From Promethearchaeota archaeon (GTDB taxonomy: Archaea > Asgardarchaeota > Lokiarchaeia > Sigyniarchaeales > SOKP01): DNA of 64,000 nt. The notes beneath the pieces were generated by a model, which was not told the DNA's origin, searched no databases, and saw only the letters and a program-made list of their open reading frames with translations. Positions 1 through 9,746 of the stretch are shown one piece after another; the first letter of the stretch is position 1; the number at the start of each line of letters is the position of its first letter. The DNA lies in assembly GCA_016840165.1 (NCBI GenBank), contig JAEOSU010000032.1, positions 32,001-96,000 of the forward strand, read 5' to 3'. The position numbers were made by a program, and so were the translations under genes.

Positions 1-1860
1 CATTTCAATGTTTCCCATTTTTTGATTCACTTTTGCGATATTTCGGAGAGATGTACCAATATTGAGTGGATCACCATATATTTTGTCAAGCTCATAAACC
101 TCTTTGAAAATGCTTAAAGCCTTTTCAAATTCGCCTTTATCATAATAAACAGACGCACAATTACTTTTAACCGAAGCAATTCCTCTTAATTGGCCCAATT
201 GTTGATATATATCCTTTGCTTTTTCATAATATTCTAGTGCCTTTTCTAGATTATTTTTAGAAATGTTATAGGTTAATCCCATGATATTAAATAAATCTGC
301 CATTCCTGAAAAATCACCTACTTCCCTGAATAGAGCATAACTTTTCTCCAGACATCCGAATCCTTTCTCATAATCCCCTTTCTCTTGATAAAGTTGCCCA
401 AGATCTTTCCAAGTATATGCGACTCCATAGTTATAGTTTACATATTCATACATAGAAATTGCCTTTTTATAACTAATTATTGCTTCATTGTATTTCTTTA
501 AAGTTTCTTGTATAAATCCAATATTGTGTAGACAATCTCCCATACCACGATCATTTCCGATTCTCTGAAAGAGATAATAAGCAGAACGAATAAAAAGATC
601 TGCCATCTTATAATTACGTACAGTCATATACAGCATAGCTATATTCGTTTTAATTTCAGCGATCATTTGAATGTCTTCTTTTGATGCTAATGTGACTGAA
701 CTGTATTTTTGATCAAATAGCTTATTTCCGTGCATAAGATACTTAAATGAAGTATCATAGTCAAGAGATACTCGAAATAGCTTTCCTGCCAAATAATAGG
801 ATTTTAATTCAGATACTTTTGGAAAATTAGATTCTAGCCAATCTTGGAATATTTTATTGGTTTGATTTCTTGATGGATCCAAATTTGATATAAATTGGGG
901 AATTTTTAAAATCGCTCTCATTTTAGCAGTAATTTCACTAGTATTACCTTTCACTTTATAACAGTCTGTTCCATAATGCATTACTCGATAATGCATAAAA
1001 TCTTCAGCTCCCGAAAGTTGAGATAATTTGGGAAAATCTTGGTATTTATTCGATAATGAAAGTGAGTATTTCTCGATAGATACTGTGGAATTATTTGTAT
1101 GTTCAATCCAAATAATCTGATTAATATCTTCGATCCGTGCTAACTCTGGGAGTACATCTAAACCGTCTCCTCCTCCATAACCTAGAAATACTAAAGTTTT
1201 ACCTGAGCATATTCTTTCTAGTATAGAATGGATATATAACGGCAATACAAAAAGATCTTCTTGCTGTTTCATGCTCTTCCCGATAGCATCCATCGTAGTA
1301 ATGATACTATTCTTCGTATTTTCGCCCGTAATTAAATTCTTATTAGATCCATGGAGTTTAAATAACACTCTTAAATCCCTATCTAGTATATTCTTATAAT
1401 CATTTTCAGTAATTGCTACTTTGAGATCTTTTATCTGAAAAGTGGGCGTTCCTTGGGACTGAAGGGAAAATATCGCATGTTCTATCAATTGATCAAAATT
1501 TGTTGTCATTACATAGTGTTGGTTATAAATTATTTGCGCAAGAAAGAAATGAATCGAATTTGGATTAGTAGGCAAACCAAAAAAGTCGATTAATTTGAGT
1601 TCATGGTCAATTTCATCTCTAAATACTTGGATGAGTGATTCATATTTAATCTCCAAAGAATCTTCATCTAAAACCTCTTTAGGACATATATAATTAACCA
1701 ATGTATTAATCAGCATACGAGCAGAGGGTAAATTAGAAGGTGAATCAATAGAAATGCCTGCCCCAGCTAAAAAAGCATATTTTCCATCTATATGAAATAT
1801 ATCCTCTAAATTTCCATCAAATTTATTGAAATTGGATGTCCTATTCATATGAAATATCAT
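1..1860 (-). CDS. SIR2-like (SIR2_2) domain + TPR-repeat protein, 3'-partial (runs off the left edge; absent from ORF track)
   Basis: Manual translation from ATG at 1860 (alternative 1848) gives YAFLAGAGISIDSPSNLP, PNSIHFFLAQ, VMTTNFDQLIE, LFKLHGS and LVFLGYGGGD (SIR2 motifs), then TPR-like helices (GDCLHNIGFIQETLKKYNEAIISYKKAI). No stop was seen in the segments read. Confidence 0.85.
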   Translation of the reverse strand, partial: MIFHMNRTSNFNKFDGNLEDIFHIDGKYAFLAGAGISIDSPSNLPSARMLINTLVNYICPKEVLDEDSLEIKYESLIQVFRDEIDHELKLIDFFGLPTNPNSIHFFLAQIIYNQHYVMTTNFDQLIEHAIFSLQSQGTPTFQIKDLKVAITENDYKNILDRDLRVLFKLHGSNKNLITGENTKNSIITTMDAIGKSMKQQEDLFVLPLYIHSILERICSGKTLVFLGYGGGDGLDVLPELARIEDINQIIWIEHTNNSTVSIEKYSLSLSNKYQDFPKLSQLSGAEDFMHYRVMHYGTDCYKVKGNTSEITAKMRAILKIPQFISNLDPSRNQTNKIFQDWLESNFPKVSELKSYYLAGKLFRVSLDYDTSFKYLMHGNKLFDQKYSSVTLASKEDIQMIAEIKTNIAMLYMTVRNYKMADLFIRSAYYLFQRIGNDRGMGDCLHNIGFIQETLKKYNEAIISYKKAISMYEYVNYNYGVAYTWKDLGQLYQEKGDYEKGFGCLEKSYALFREVGDFSGMADLFNIMGLTYNISKNNLEKALEYYEKAKDIYQQLGQLRGIASVKSNCASVYYDKGEFEKALSIFKEVYELDKIYGDPLNIGTSLRNIAKVNQKMGNIEM

Positions 1861-1914
1861 CTAAGATTAAATGATAAAAAATTAGTAAAAAATAATATTA
1901 ATAACTAAAAAAAA

Positions 1915-2688
1915 TTAAGCTTCTTCTTCTTCTTCTAATTCTTTGCCCATTAATCGCATTACGGCATCAGCAAGCTTATTCTGGCTTCGACTCATTATTC
2001 CTTTAATTTTACCCTCTACTCCAGTTACTCTTAGCATGATACCGTTCCATACTGAGCCAGGTTCCCCTTTAACATTTTTAAATCTATCGCGATGAACTTC
2101 TACTTCAATATTATCATACTTTTTAGCGGCCTCAGAGCATTTAAAGCATAATATACATTTATCTTTATCCACAACGATCTCTTTTCCGTCTCGAGACATC
2201 GCATCTACTGAACATTCATCCACAAACTGATCGATAATCTTTGTATCCTTTTCATTGCAAGTTATTTTTATCGACCCTTCTACGACTTTTCGTACTTTGC
2301 GACCATCTTCCAAGGTTCTTACTTCTTCCTCAAATTCGGGAAGAGAACCATTTTCAACCAGTAATATTTTACTTTCTCCATTGATTAGCAACTCTAAGGT
2401 ATGTCCTGGGCATATCCAACTACAGCTGCCACACCATATGCACTTATCAGTATCTACTACAATTTTCTTATCAGATTCGATCCTCATCTCTTCTGGAGTC
2501 CCAATAGCAGTCTTTTTGAGAGGTTCATCATAAATAGATATCGTAACGGGGCAAACTCGATGACAAAATCCACATTCAATGCATTTAGACTCATCATATT
2601 TCAATATCATTTCATGATTGAGCATTTTATATACATAATGCGTGATATTCTCATCTACTTGGACAGCTTCCTTTTTCGGTAATGACAT
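1915..2688 (-). CDS. polyferredoxin / multi-4Fe-4S protein (FwdF/MvhB-like)
   Basis: CIECGFCHRVCP, CIWCGSCSWICP and CILCFKC motifs; lies downstream of hdrA-mvhD-fdhB-like genes. Confidence 0.75.
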   Translation of the reverse strand: MSLPKKEAVQVDENITHYVYKMLNHEMILKYDESKCIECGFCHRVCPVTISIYDEPLKKTAIGTPEEMRIESDKKIVVDTDKCIWCGSCSWICPGHTLELLINGESKILLVENGSLPEFEEEVRTLEDGRKVRKVVEGSIKITCNEKDTKIIDQFVDECSVDAMSRDGKEIVVDKDKCILCFKCSEAAKKYDNIEVEVHRDRFKNVKGEPGSVWNGIMLRVTGVEGKIKGIMSRSQNKLADAVMRLMGKELEEEEEA

Positions 2689-2731
2689 AACTTTTCACTT
2701 TTAACAATATTTTTTTAAATAATAAAATAAA

Positions 2732-3871
2732 TTATGTTTTTTCTAATTCCATTTTTCTAATTGCTTTCCCTGATCTAAAAGGAATATCTTCAACGCTTTC
2801 TCCAGTGGTATAACTAAATGCTTTTTTGAATTCTTCGTTTAAAGATTGAAAGTATAGAGATAACGGTAAGTGTACAGGACAGTTATTATCACAATTTCCG
2901 CATTCAACGCAACGATCAGCGACATGAGCAATTCGGGTTAATTGATAAGTCTCTTTATTGATTGTTTTATCCTTACGCTTTTGTTGTAAAATGCAATCAA
3001 CACAATAGCAAACGGGACACCCTCTGATACACATACCACACATGGTACATGCTTGTAATCGAGCAATTTTCTCTTCTTGCGGGGTTTTATCCCATTCTTC
3101 CAAGTCTTTTGCTCTTTTTGCTAATGCCTTTTCCTTAATTTCCTTCATCTTTTCTGTGTGAGTGGTTTTCACATCTCCAGGAAGATCCTTTTTAGCTATT
3201 TTTGATGTCTCAATAAGATTAGCGCCTTTATCGGAATATGCTTTTAATATAATTTCCTCTGAATCAATTGGAATCCCAATATCACTTATACCTAGATCCG
3301 CTATCACAGGGATCTTCCGAGTACATCGTGAGCAATTCTCAGCAATGGTTAAATTCACTTCTTTTGTTTTCCCATCGTCCATTAGAAGGATTAAGCCATT
3401 ATCCCCAACTTTTTCTTTTACCACTTTTGTAGTGTCAACATCCTTGATCTTCTTTATCTCCCGGGAAACATTAATTATCATGCCTCTATCTTCGAAGGCA
3501 ATGATAAAAAGATTATCCAAATTAATTTGCTTAATTTTAGCTAATTCTATCAACGCCCGAGTGTCACAAGGACGAGCGATAAGGGCTACTTTTTCTTGCA
3601 TTGCTCCATTTACTGATTTATGTAAAAATTTTGCAGCCGAATCTGTTCTGGCATAACCATATGTGATGAGATTGGTTAATGGAAAATCTTTGATAGCATC
3701 TGGCTTCTCATATACTACAGGGGATACCGAAAATCGATCTTCTTCATTAGTTTTTTTGTTAACTTTTGTTTCTGCTCCAATGATTTTGTCAACGATTTTT
3801 TCGTTCAAGAGAGCAGTAAGTAGTTTTGGAAAATCTTCTATTTTTATCAGATACTCTGCTATTGCTTCCAA
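2732..3871 (-). CDS. coenzyme F420 hydrogenase/dehydrogenase beta-subunit family protein (FdhB-like)
   Basis: ARPCDTRAL, CSRC, ADLGI, CTMCGMCIRGCPVCYC and RCVECGNCDNNCP motifs typical of FdhB. Confidence 0.8.
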   Translation of the reverse strand: MEAIAEYLIKIEDFPKLLTALLNEKIVDKIIGAETKVNKKTNEEDRFSVSPVVYEKPDAIKDFPLTNLITYGYARTDSAAKFLHKSVNGAMQEKVALIARPCDTRALIELAKIKQINLDNLFIIAFEDRGMIINVSREIKKIKDVDTTKVVKEKVGDNGLILLMDDGKTKEVNLTIAENCSRCTRKIPVIADLGISDIGIPIDSEEIILKAYSDKGANLIETSKIAKKDLPGDVKTTHTEKMKEIKEKALAKRAKDLEEWDKTPQEEKIARLQACTMCGMCIRGCPVCYCVDCILQQKRKDKTINKETYQLTRIAHVADRCVECGNCDNNCPVHLPLSLYFQSLNEEFKKAFSYTTGESVEDIPFRSGKAIRKMELEKT

Positions 3872-3965
3872 ATTTATTCAACTCAATATATTTTCCTTAA
3901 ATTTTTTTATATGAATTACTTTAAAATTCCTTTTCCAATGCAATTTATTATTAAATTACTATTTT

Positions 3966-4038
3966 ATGTGTATTATGGGGCTTCCATTACTTCAACTGAG
4001 TTCTCATTTTTTTAACTCAGTATCATAAGTTAACACAT
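3966..4038 (-). promoter_or_regulatory. SECIS element (eukaryote-like) in the 3' UTR of the hdrA-mvhD selenoprotein operon
   Basis: Minus strand reads ATGA-T-ACTGAGTT-AAAAAAATGAG-AACTCAGT-T-GA-A (core 4026-3991; perfect 8-bp stem, A-rich loop). A lower stem ATGTGT/ACACAT closes it. It starts 6 nt after the mvhD stop. Confidence 0.85.
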
Positions 4039-4044
4039 TTTTAT

Positions 4045-4509
4045 TTAAGCCTTAGCTTTCGCTTTGGCTTTTTCTTTTTTTTGTGTGTCGCTTTTTGGAC
4101 GGAGTGGACTTGGACCTAACTTCCGTATTTCCTCATCGAATTCCGTTGCTACTTTTTGAAACTTCGCACCTTCCGCAGAACTGCAGAATTCCATCCTCAA
4201 TCTTTTGGGATTAACTCCAATGGTTTTAGCAATTTTTTCTAGATATTCTACTTGTCGATAAGCAAAATAATTTCCGTCTTCATAATCGCATTCACCAGGG
4301 TATCAACCAACTACTAGAACGCCATCGGCTCCTCTTCCAAAAGCTCTCATTATTAAGTCCGCTCCAACTCTACCAGTACAGGGAACTAATACAGTACGTA
4401 ATGACGTCGGATACTGTGCTCGAATTGTTCCTGCCATATCTGCGCCACCATATCCTCATTTCAAACACAAAAATGCTAATATCTTTATCTTTTTTTCATT
4501 CTCTGCCAT
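4045..4509 (-). CDS. mvhD: MvhD/VhuD hydrogenase iron-sulfur subunit, selenoprotein (Sec18, Sec69), 154 aa
   Basis: MAENEKKIKILAFLCLK-U-GYGGADMAG...VPCTGRV...GADGVLVVG-U-YPGECDYEDGN...FCSSAEG. In-frame TGA at 4456-4458 and 4303-4305 align with Cys of the paralog at 14564-15049 (CCNWCSY; GCHIGDCHY). SD GGTGA upstream, TAA stop, SECIS downstream. Confidence 0.93.
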
Positions 4510-4523
4510 TTAATCACCCTTGT

Positions 4524-6500
4524 TTACTCCTCGAGTGGTAATAATTCATCAATATAAGCCATATATTGAATGTCTTTATAATGTGCTAGTTCTATTGCTT
4601 TCGAAGGACAAGTAGCCGCACATATTCCGCAACCTCTGCAGCTAATAAGATCAACTACAATTAATCCCTCTTCGTTGACTGAAATAGCACTATAAGGACA
4701 AGCTTCAATACATTTGTAGCATTTAGCGCAACGTTCGTCTATTGGTTTAGCACGGATTAATTCCATGGTATATTCCTCATGTTTCATAGGAATTCCAGCA
4801 GTCGAAGCAGCTCCTTTAGCCTGACTAACAGCAAGATCTATCGACTTCTGGCCTTGGCATGAACCTGCTAAATAGACTCCTGGAACTTTTGTATTAATAG
4901 GGTCGAGTCTGGCATGCACTTCTTTTAAGAAACCATCAGAAGTCTTTTCGATATTCATTACCGAAGCAATCTGATTGGTTCCTTGAGATGGTAGTGATGC
5001 TGAAGACAAGATTACCATATCAAATTCCATCTGCACTACGGAGTCGGTTCCTACTGGTTCAAGCTGTACTTTCAGATTCTTAGTTATTGGATCCTCTTCA
5101 ATTTTACCAATTAAACCCTTAATGAAGATAATCCCTGCATCTCTTGCTCGTCGATAGTACTCTTCATACATTTTCCCGCCACAGCGCATGTCTATATAGC
5201 TTACTACTATCTCGGAATCGGGGTATTCAGACATTATCAGTTTTGAATTTTTTACGGAAAGATTGCAACAGACGACACTACAATACTCATTTGTGTTTAA
5301 ATCTCGAGATCCTACGCAGTTGATAAATAAAACTCTTTTTGGACGAGTTCTATCAGAAGGTCTTTTCAAGTGACCGAAAGTTGGACCATTAGGAGCAAGT
5401 ATTCGTTCTAATTGGATTTGAGTGATTACATTATCATAAGTACCATATCCATAATCATCTCCTTGATAGAGGTCCCAACCAGTAGCTACGATTATTGTTC
5501 CTATTTCTAATTCTACAATTTCGTCTTGCTGACTAAAATCTATCGCATCAGTATCACATGCATCTACACAAGCAAAACATTCGACACAAGAGTTTCTCTC
5601 AATATTAGAGATTGCTGGAACCGCCTGAGCGAATGCTATATCAATACATTTTCGAGCGGACAGATTTTCATCAAAGTAATTCGGGACATAGATAGGACAC
5701 ATTTCCGTACAACTGCCACAACCGGTGCATAGTTTTTCATTGACAAACCGTGCCTTTCGATTCACTTGCACTCGAAAATTACCAATATAGCCATCGACCT
5801 TTACCACTTCGCTATAAGACATTATTTCGATATTTTCATGCCTATCAGCTTCAAGCATGCGTGGTCCGAGAATTCAAATACTACAATCATCCGTAGGGAA
5901 TGTTCGATCAAGCTGGGACATTCTCCCTCCAATAGTAGTATTTTTTTCGACTAAATACACTTTATAGCCTGCATCACCTAAATCAATCGCAGTACTTAAA
6001 CCTGCAATGCCTCCACCTATTACTAAAGCAGTTGGATTGACTGGTACTGTTTTCGTAGGTATATCTTCTAACAGTTGGGCTCTTGAAATACCTGCCTTTA
6101 TCAGTTCGATCGCTTTTTGAGTAGCTTCATCATAAACTTCTTTCGATTGGTGTACATAACTACAGTGTTCTCTAATATTTGAAAATTCTAAATATCTTTG
6201 TGGCATCCCTGCCTCTTTTAATATTCCATGGAACACTGGTTCATGCGTTAATGGTGTTCAAGCGGCTACAACTATGCGATCAAAGCCTTTCTCTTCAATT
6301 TGTTCTTTTATGTATTCCGCTCCACCGGACGTACACATGTTGAGATATTCGTATGCATATACATTTGGCAATTTATTAATCTCTTCGACGATCTTTGGAA
6401 CATCTAAAGTTCCCGCGATGTTTATCCCTCACCGACACACAAATGTGCCAACAACTGGCAATTTATCGTTTTTATCTTCCTTGGTCTGTTTTTCAGACAA
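4524..6500 (-). CDS. hdrA: heterodisulfide reductase subunit A, selenoprotein (Sec24, Sec81, Sec209), 658 aa
   Basis: One continuous frame from TTG at 6500 (GGTG SD) joins ORF-track pieces 5874-6236 and 4524-5858. TGA at 6429-6431 (FVCR-U-GINIAG), 6258-6260 (VAA-U-TPLTHE) and 5874-5876 (TDDCSI-U-ILGP) all correspond to Cys in the paralog at 15083-18169. FAD motif GGGIAG and ferredoxin motifs are present. Confidence 0.93.
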
Positions 6501-6681
6501 GTTTTACACCTTTTTAAATATATCCTCCTAATTTTTTAAGAGTGTAAGTTACAAAATCTCTATTTACTAGTGTCTAATAGATTGTATTTATGATATTGTT
6601 AATAGTTCTTATTTTTTAAGTTCAATTGTTATTAAATTTCATTGAGGATAAACATATTTTTACAAGAATGGAAATTTCCTT

Positions 6682-7863
6682 TTATTTTAAATCTAATTGT
6701 AATAATTTCTTGAGGTCATTTCGATTATTAGGTAATCTATATTCTTCCAGAAGTGTGATTAAATCTGTTGTTTCCAAACTTTCATCAATCCATAAATTAT
6801 TATTCAATACTAAGACCCTCAGTACCATCTTTTGATAGTTATTAAGTTGTTTTAATGTCCAAATATTTTGTTCTGGAAGATCGGGAAATACAATCCATAA
6901 TAATGAATAAATTACGTTTAAGGCTTGAATACCACTCAATTTCGATAATACATTTGAAAAATCAGGAACAACTTTTTCGGGGAATTGTACTGCACAGAAT
7001 TTGATAACTTCTGAAATGAATCCTAATAATTCCCCATCATTCCAAGGAAATTCAAAGGGAGATAAATTCATTTCCATTATATTAGGTATTTGCTGCAAAA
7101 TATAATCTATTGGAGTTATATCAACCTCTTCTTTTAAAATATTCACTAGAGCAATTGCTGCAGCTATCTTTACTATAATCGATTTATGTTCTGTAAGAAA
7201 GTTTTTAATTAATAGCTCATCTTTCTTATCTTCTAAATAAGAATCCAGCATAGATAATGAGATCAATGAATTTGCGAGGATTTTATCATCTTTTTCACTT
7301 TTAATTAAATTCCGAATTTTTGGTATAGAATCTGATGCAGCTTCTCTAAACCAAGCAACTCCAAAAATCGCCATTGTTTTTATGGTTGGATCTTTGTTAT
7401 CTAATAAATCGTAATAGGTCTGGACTTCCTTTAGAACAGCTTTATATGAATTGATAAAATCATCAACGTGTTTTAGCCAATCGATGTTAACATCTTCTAG
7501 ACCCTCTGTTTCAGCTTCAGCTTTTAATTCTTCCGGATTAATAGCCCAATCATCTACATTTGGACCTTTAGGCAAAAATGCTTCTGGATAACCTAATGCC
7601 AGATCAACCGTGAATTTAATAAGAATTGCTTTTTCTGGAACGTTTGGATCACGAATTAGCTCAAATATAAAAGGAATCGCATAAGATGTTGCCTCATATC
7701 GAGTTCCTTGATGAAAGATATTGCCATAAAGTTCCCATAAGGCCTCCTTCCTTTCTTCCTCGTCCATAGAGGCCAAAGATCTAATTAGGATCGGTACATC
7801 AGAGGCTTCACCATAAGCGTGCTCAAGGTTAGCCCAATCTATCTCATCTAACCCTTCAAGCAT
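6682..7863 (-). CDS. HEAT-repeat / alpha-solenoid hypothetical protein
   Basis: N-terminal IDWANLEHAYGEASDVP...LYGNIFHQGT motif of a widespread HEAT-repeat family; helical throughout. Confidence 0.6.
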   Translation of the reverse strand: MLEGLDEIDWANLEHAYGEASDVPILIRSLASMDEEERKEALWELYGNIFHQGTRYEATSYAIPFIFELIRDPNVPEKAILIKFTVDLALGYPEAFLPKGPNVDDWAINPEELKAEAETEGLEDVNIDWLKHVDDFINSYKAVLKEVQTYYDLLDNKDPTIKTMAIFGVAWFREAASDSIPKIRNLIKSEKDDKILANSLISLSMLDSYLEDKKDELLIKNFLTEHKSIIVKIAAAIALVNILKEEVDITPIDYILQQIPNIMEMNLSPFEFPWNDGELLGFISEVIKFCAVQFPEKVVPDFSNVLSKLSGIQALNVIYSLLWIVFPDLPEQNIWTLKQLNNYQKMVLRVLVLNNNLWIDESLETTDLITLLEEYRLPNNRNDLKKLLQLDLK

Positions 7864-7979
7864 ATTAAGGATCCCATTTCGAATATAATCTAATCAAATA
7901 AAAATTGAATATTTTAAATATTTCTTTGTATTAAAACCCAAAAGATATTATTACTAATCCCATTCAAACATATAAGAAG

Positions 7980-9155
7980 ATGCAAGAATTTGAGAAGCTA
8001 ACCATCAATAAATTAATTTTAAGTAAACAACACCTCACAAAAGACTCAAAACTTAATAATATCCTAAAAATCACTGAAGATTTATGCGGATTACATGCAA
8101 CGGGGACGGTAGAACCATACATTCAACTTTTTGTTCGAACACTAAACTTCAAGAAACAGGATTTAGACGCGGAATTATACACCAAAAAGACTCTCGGCAA
8201 AATTCGTGGTATGCGAAAAACTTTGTTTATACTCACCAAGGAGTTGATGCAAATCGTCTATCCATTTGCTCGCAATTTTACTCTAAACCGAGAAGAAAAA
8301 TATCTGGAATACCGAAATATATCACTAAAAGAATATGATGCCTTATCGAGAAAAATATTAGACCTCCTCCAAAATAGAGAACTTTCTACTCGTCAAATTA
8401 AACAGCAAATTAATTCAAAAAAAGATTTAGTCGCAATAATTTCTATTATGTGTGATCAGATGCTCTTAATCCGAGGAAAACCAGTAAGTAGTTGGAGAGA
8501 CCGGCGACTTTTGTATACTCCTTTTAAAAAATATTTCCCTAATCTAAATTTGTCTAAATATAGCGAAAATGAAGCATTAAACCTCATAATTAAGAAGTAT
8601 ATACGCTCATATGGCCCTGCAACGATTGATGATATTGTTTGGTGGTCTGGAATAACTAAGACGAAATTAAAACCCATTCTTACGAACTTGGAAACAGAAG
8701 TAACGACCATTCGCATTTCAAACCTGAACCATAAATATTTGTTCCCTTTAACCGATCTAAACTTACTTGAGAATCGTTCTGCACAAGAGAGCACGGTAAA
8801 TTTGTTGCCTTTACTCGATCCCTATATGATGGGATATAAGAATCGAGAACGTTATGTTGATATCAATAAATATGAGTATATTTTTGATCGATCTGGGAAC
8901 GCCACTCAAGTAATTCTTCAAGATGGATTTGTCATAGGGATTTGGGATGTAATTCTAAAACCAAAACCAACATGTAAATTATATTTCCTTAAGGAAATTG
9001 ATGATACTATCTTGAAGAAAGTTAATTCAAAAGCGAGAAAATTATCAAAATTCATAACCGGGAAGGAGCTTGAAATTCATATCTGTAAGTCTATGGTACC
9101 TTTAACTGAAAAAACTATGGGTGGATTTATGTCTCCTCTAAAGAACTCCAAATGA
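7980..9155 (+). CDS. winged-helix protein, AlkZ/YcaQ (HTH_42) DNA glycosylase family
   Basis: GMRKTLF, YIRSYGPATIDDIVWWSG, LLPLLDPYMMGY and DGFVIGIW motifs. Confidence 0.8.
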   Translation: MQEFEKLTINKLILSKQHLTKDSKLNNILKITEDLCGLHATGTVEPYIQLFVRTLNFKKQDLDAELYTKKTLGKIRGMRKTLFILTKELMQIVYPFARNFTLNREEKYLEYRNISLKEYDALSRKILDLLQNRELSTRQIKQQINSKKDLVAIISIMCDQMLLIRGKPVSSWRDRRLLYTPFKKYFPNLNLSKYSENEALNLIIKKYIRSYGPATIDDIVWWSGITKTKLKPILTNLETEVTTIRISNLNHKYLFPLTDLNLLENRSAQESTVNLLPLLDPYMMGYKNRERYVDINKYEYIFDRSGNATQVILQDGFVIGIWDVILKPKPTCKLYFLKEIDDTILKKVNSKARKLSKFITGKELEIHICKSMVPLTEKTMGGFMSPLKNSK

Positions 9156-9203
9156 ATTTAAAATAATTTAGATATTATATAAAAAAAGAAAAATAAAATT
9201 GAA

Positions 9204-9746
9204 TTACTTCTTTAATCCAAATTCAGTCACATCGCCAAATAGGCGTTTCACAGCTTCTATACGAGTTTCTTCTCCAATTTGTTCAACGCTCTTCAAGCTA
9301 ATTGCCTCCTTAGGACAAACAGCAATACATTGAGGCTCCTTTTTTCCAACCTCAGGATCGATGAATTCTTCCTTCATGCTTTCACATAAATCGCATACAA
9401 TCGCTTTTTGATTTTCTAAATGTAAGGTTATTACTCCAAAATCACATGCCCGAATACAAAAACCACATCCATTACACTTATCACTATCAACCATAATCGA
9501 TCCTTCCTCGTCTTTATCTAATGCTTTTTCTGGGCAAGATCTAATACAAGGAGCATCTTCACATTTTTGACAGGCAAGTGCAATGTTAAAAATGGGTTCG
9601 ATTCGTACACGATGGATTCTGGTGTTTATTGGATTAAACTCTCCGTCGTGAACGAAACTACAAACACTTTCACATGTCTCACAACCAGTACAAAGCTCTG
9701 GATCAACAATAATGAATTGATGAATCCGTTTTCGTTTAGCTGACAT
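9204..9746 (-). CDS. 4Fe-4S dicluster electron-transfer subunit (DmsB/HydN-like), AOR-associated
   Basis: Four Cys clusters (CTGCETC, CQKCEDAPC, CNGCGFC, CDLC...CP); abuts the AOR gene. Confidence 0.85.
   Translation of the reverse strand: MSAKRKRIHQFIIVDPELCTGCETCESVCSFVHDGEFNPINTRIHRVRIEPIFNIALACQKCEDAPCIRSCPEKALDKDEEGSIMVDSDKCNGCGFCIRACDFGVITLHLENQKAIVCDLCESMKEEFIDPEVGKKEPQCIAVCPKEAISLKSVEQIGEETRIEAVKRLFGDVTEFGLKK

Noticed and set aside
5874-6236. ORF-track 120-aa and 444-aa (4524-5858) ORFs as separate genes
   Set aside because: They are fragments of the single Sec-HdrA
4045-6500. hdrA/mvhD as pseudogenes, or genome-wide UGA reassignment
   Set aside because: All TGAs fall on conserved Cys columns with no frameshifts, and a SECIS follows. 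TGA is a normal stop elsewhere (e.g. 9153-9155, 20959-20961, 29455-29457).
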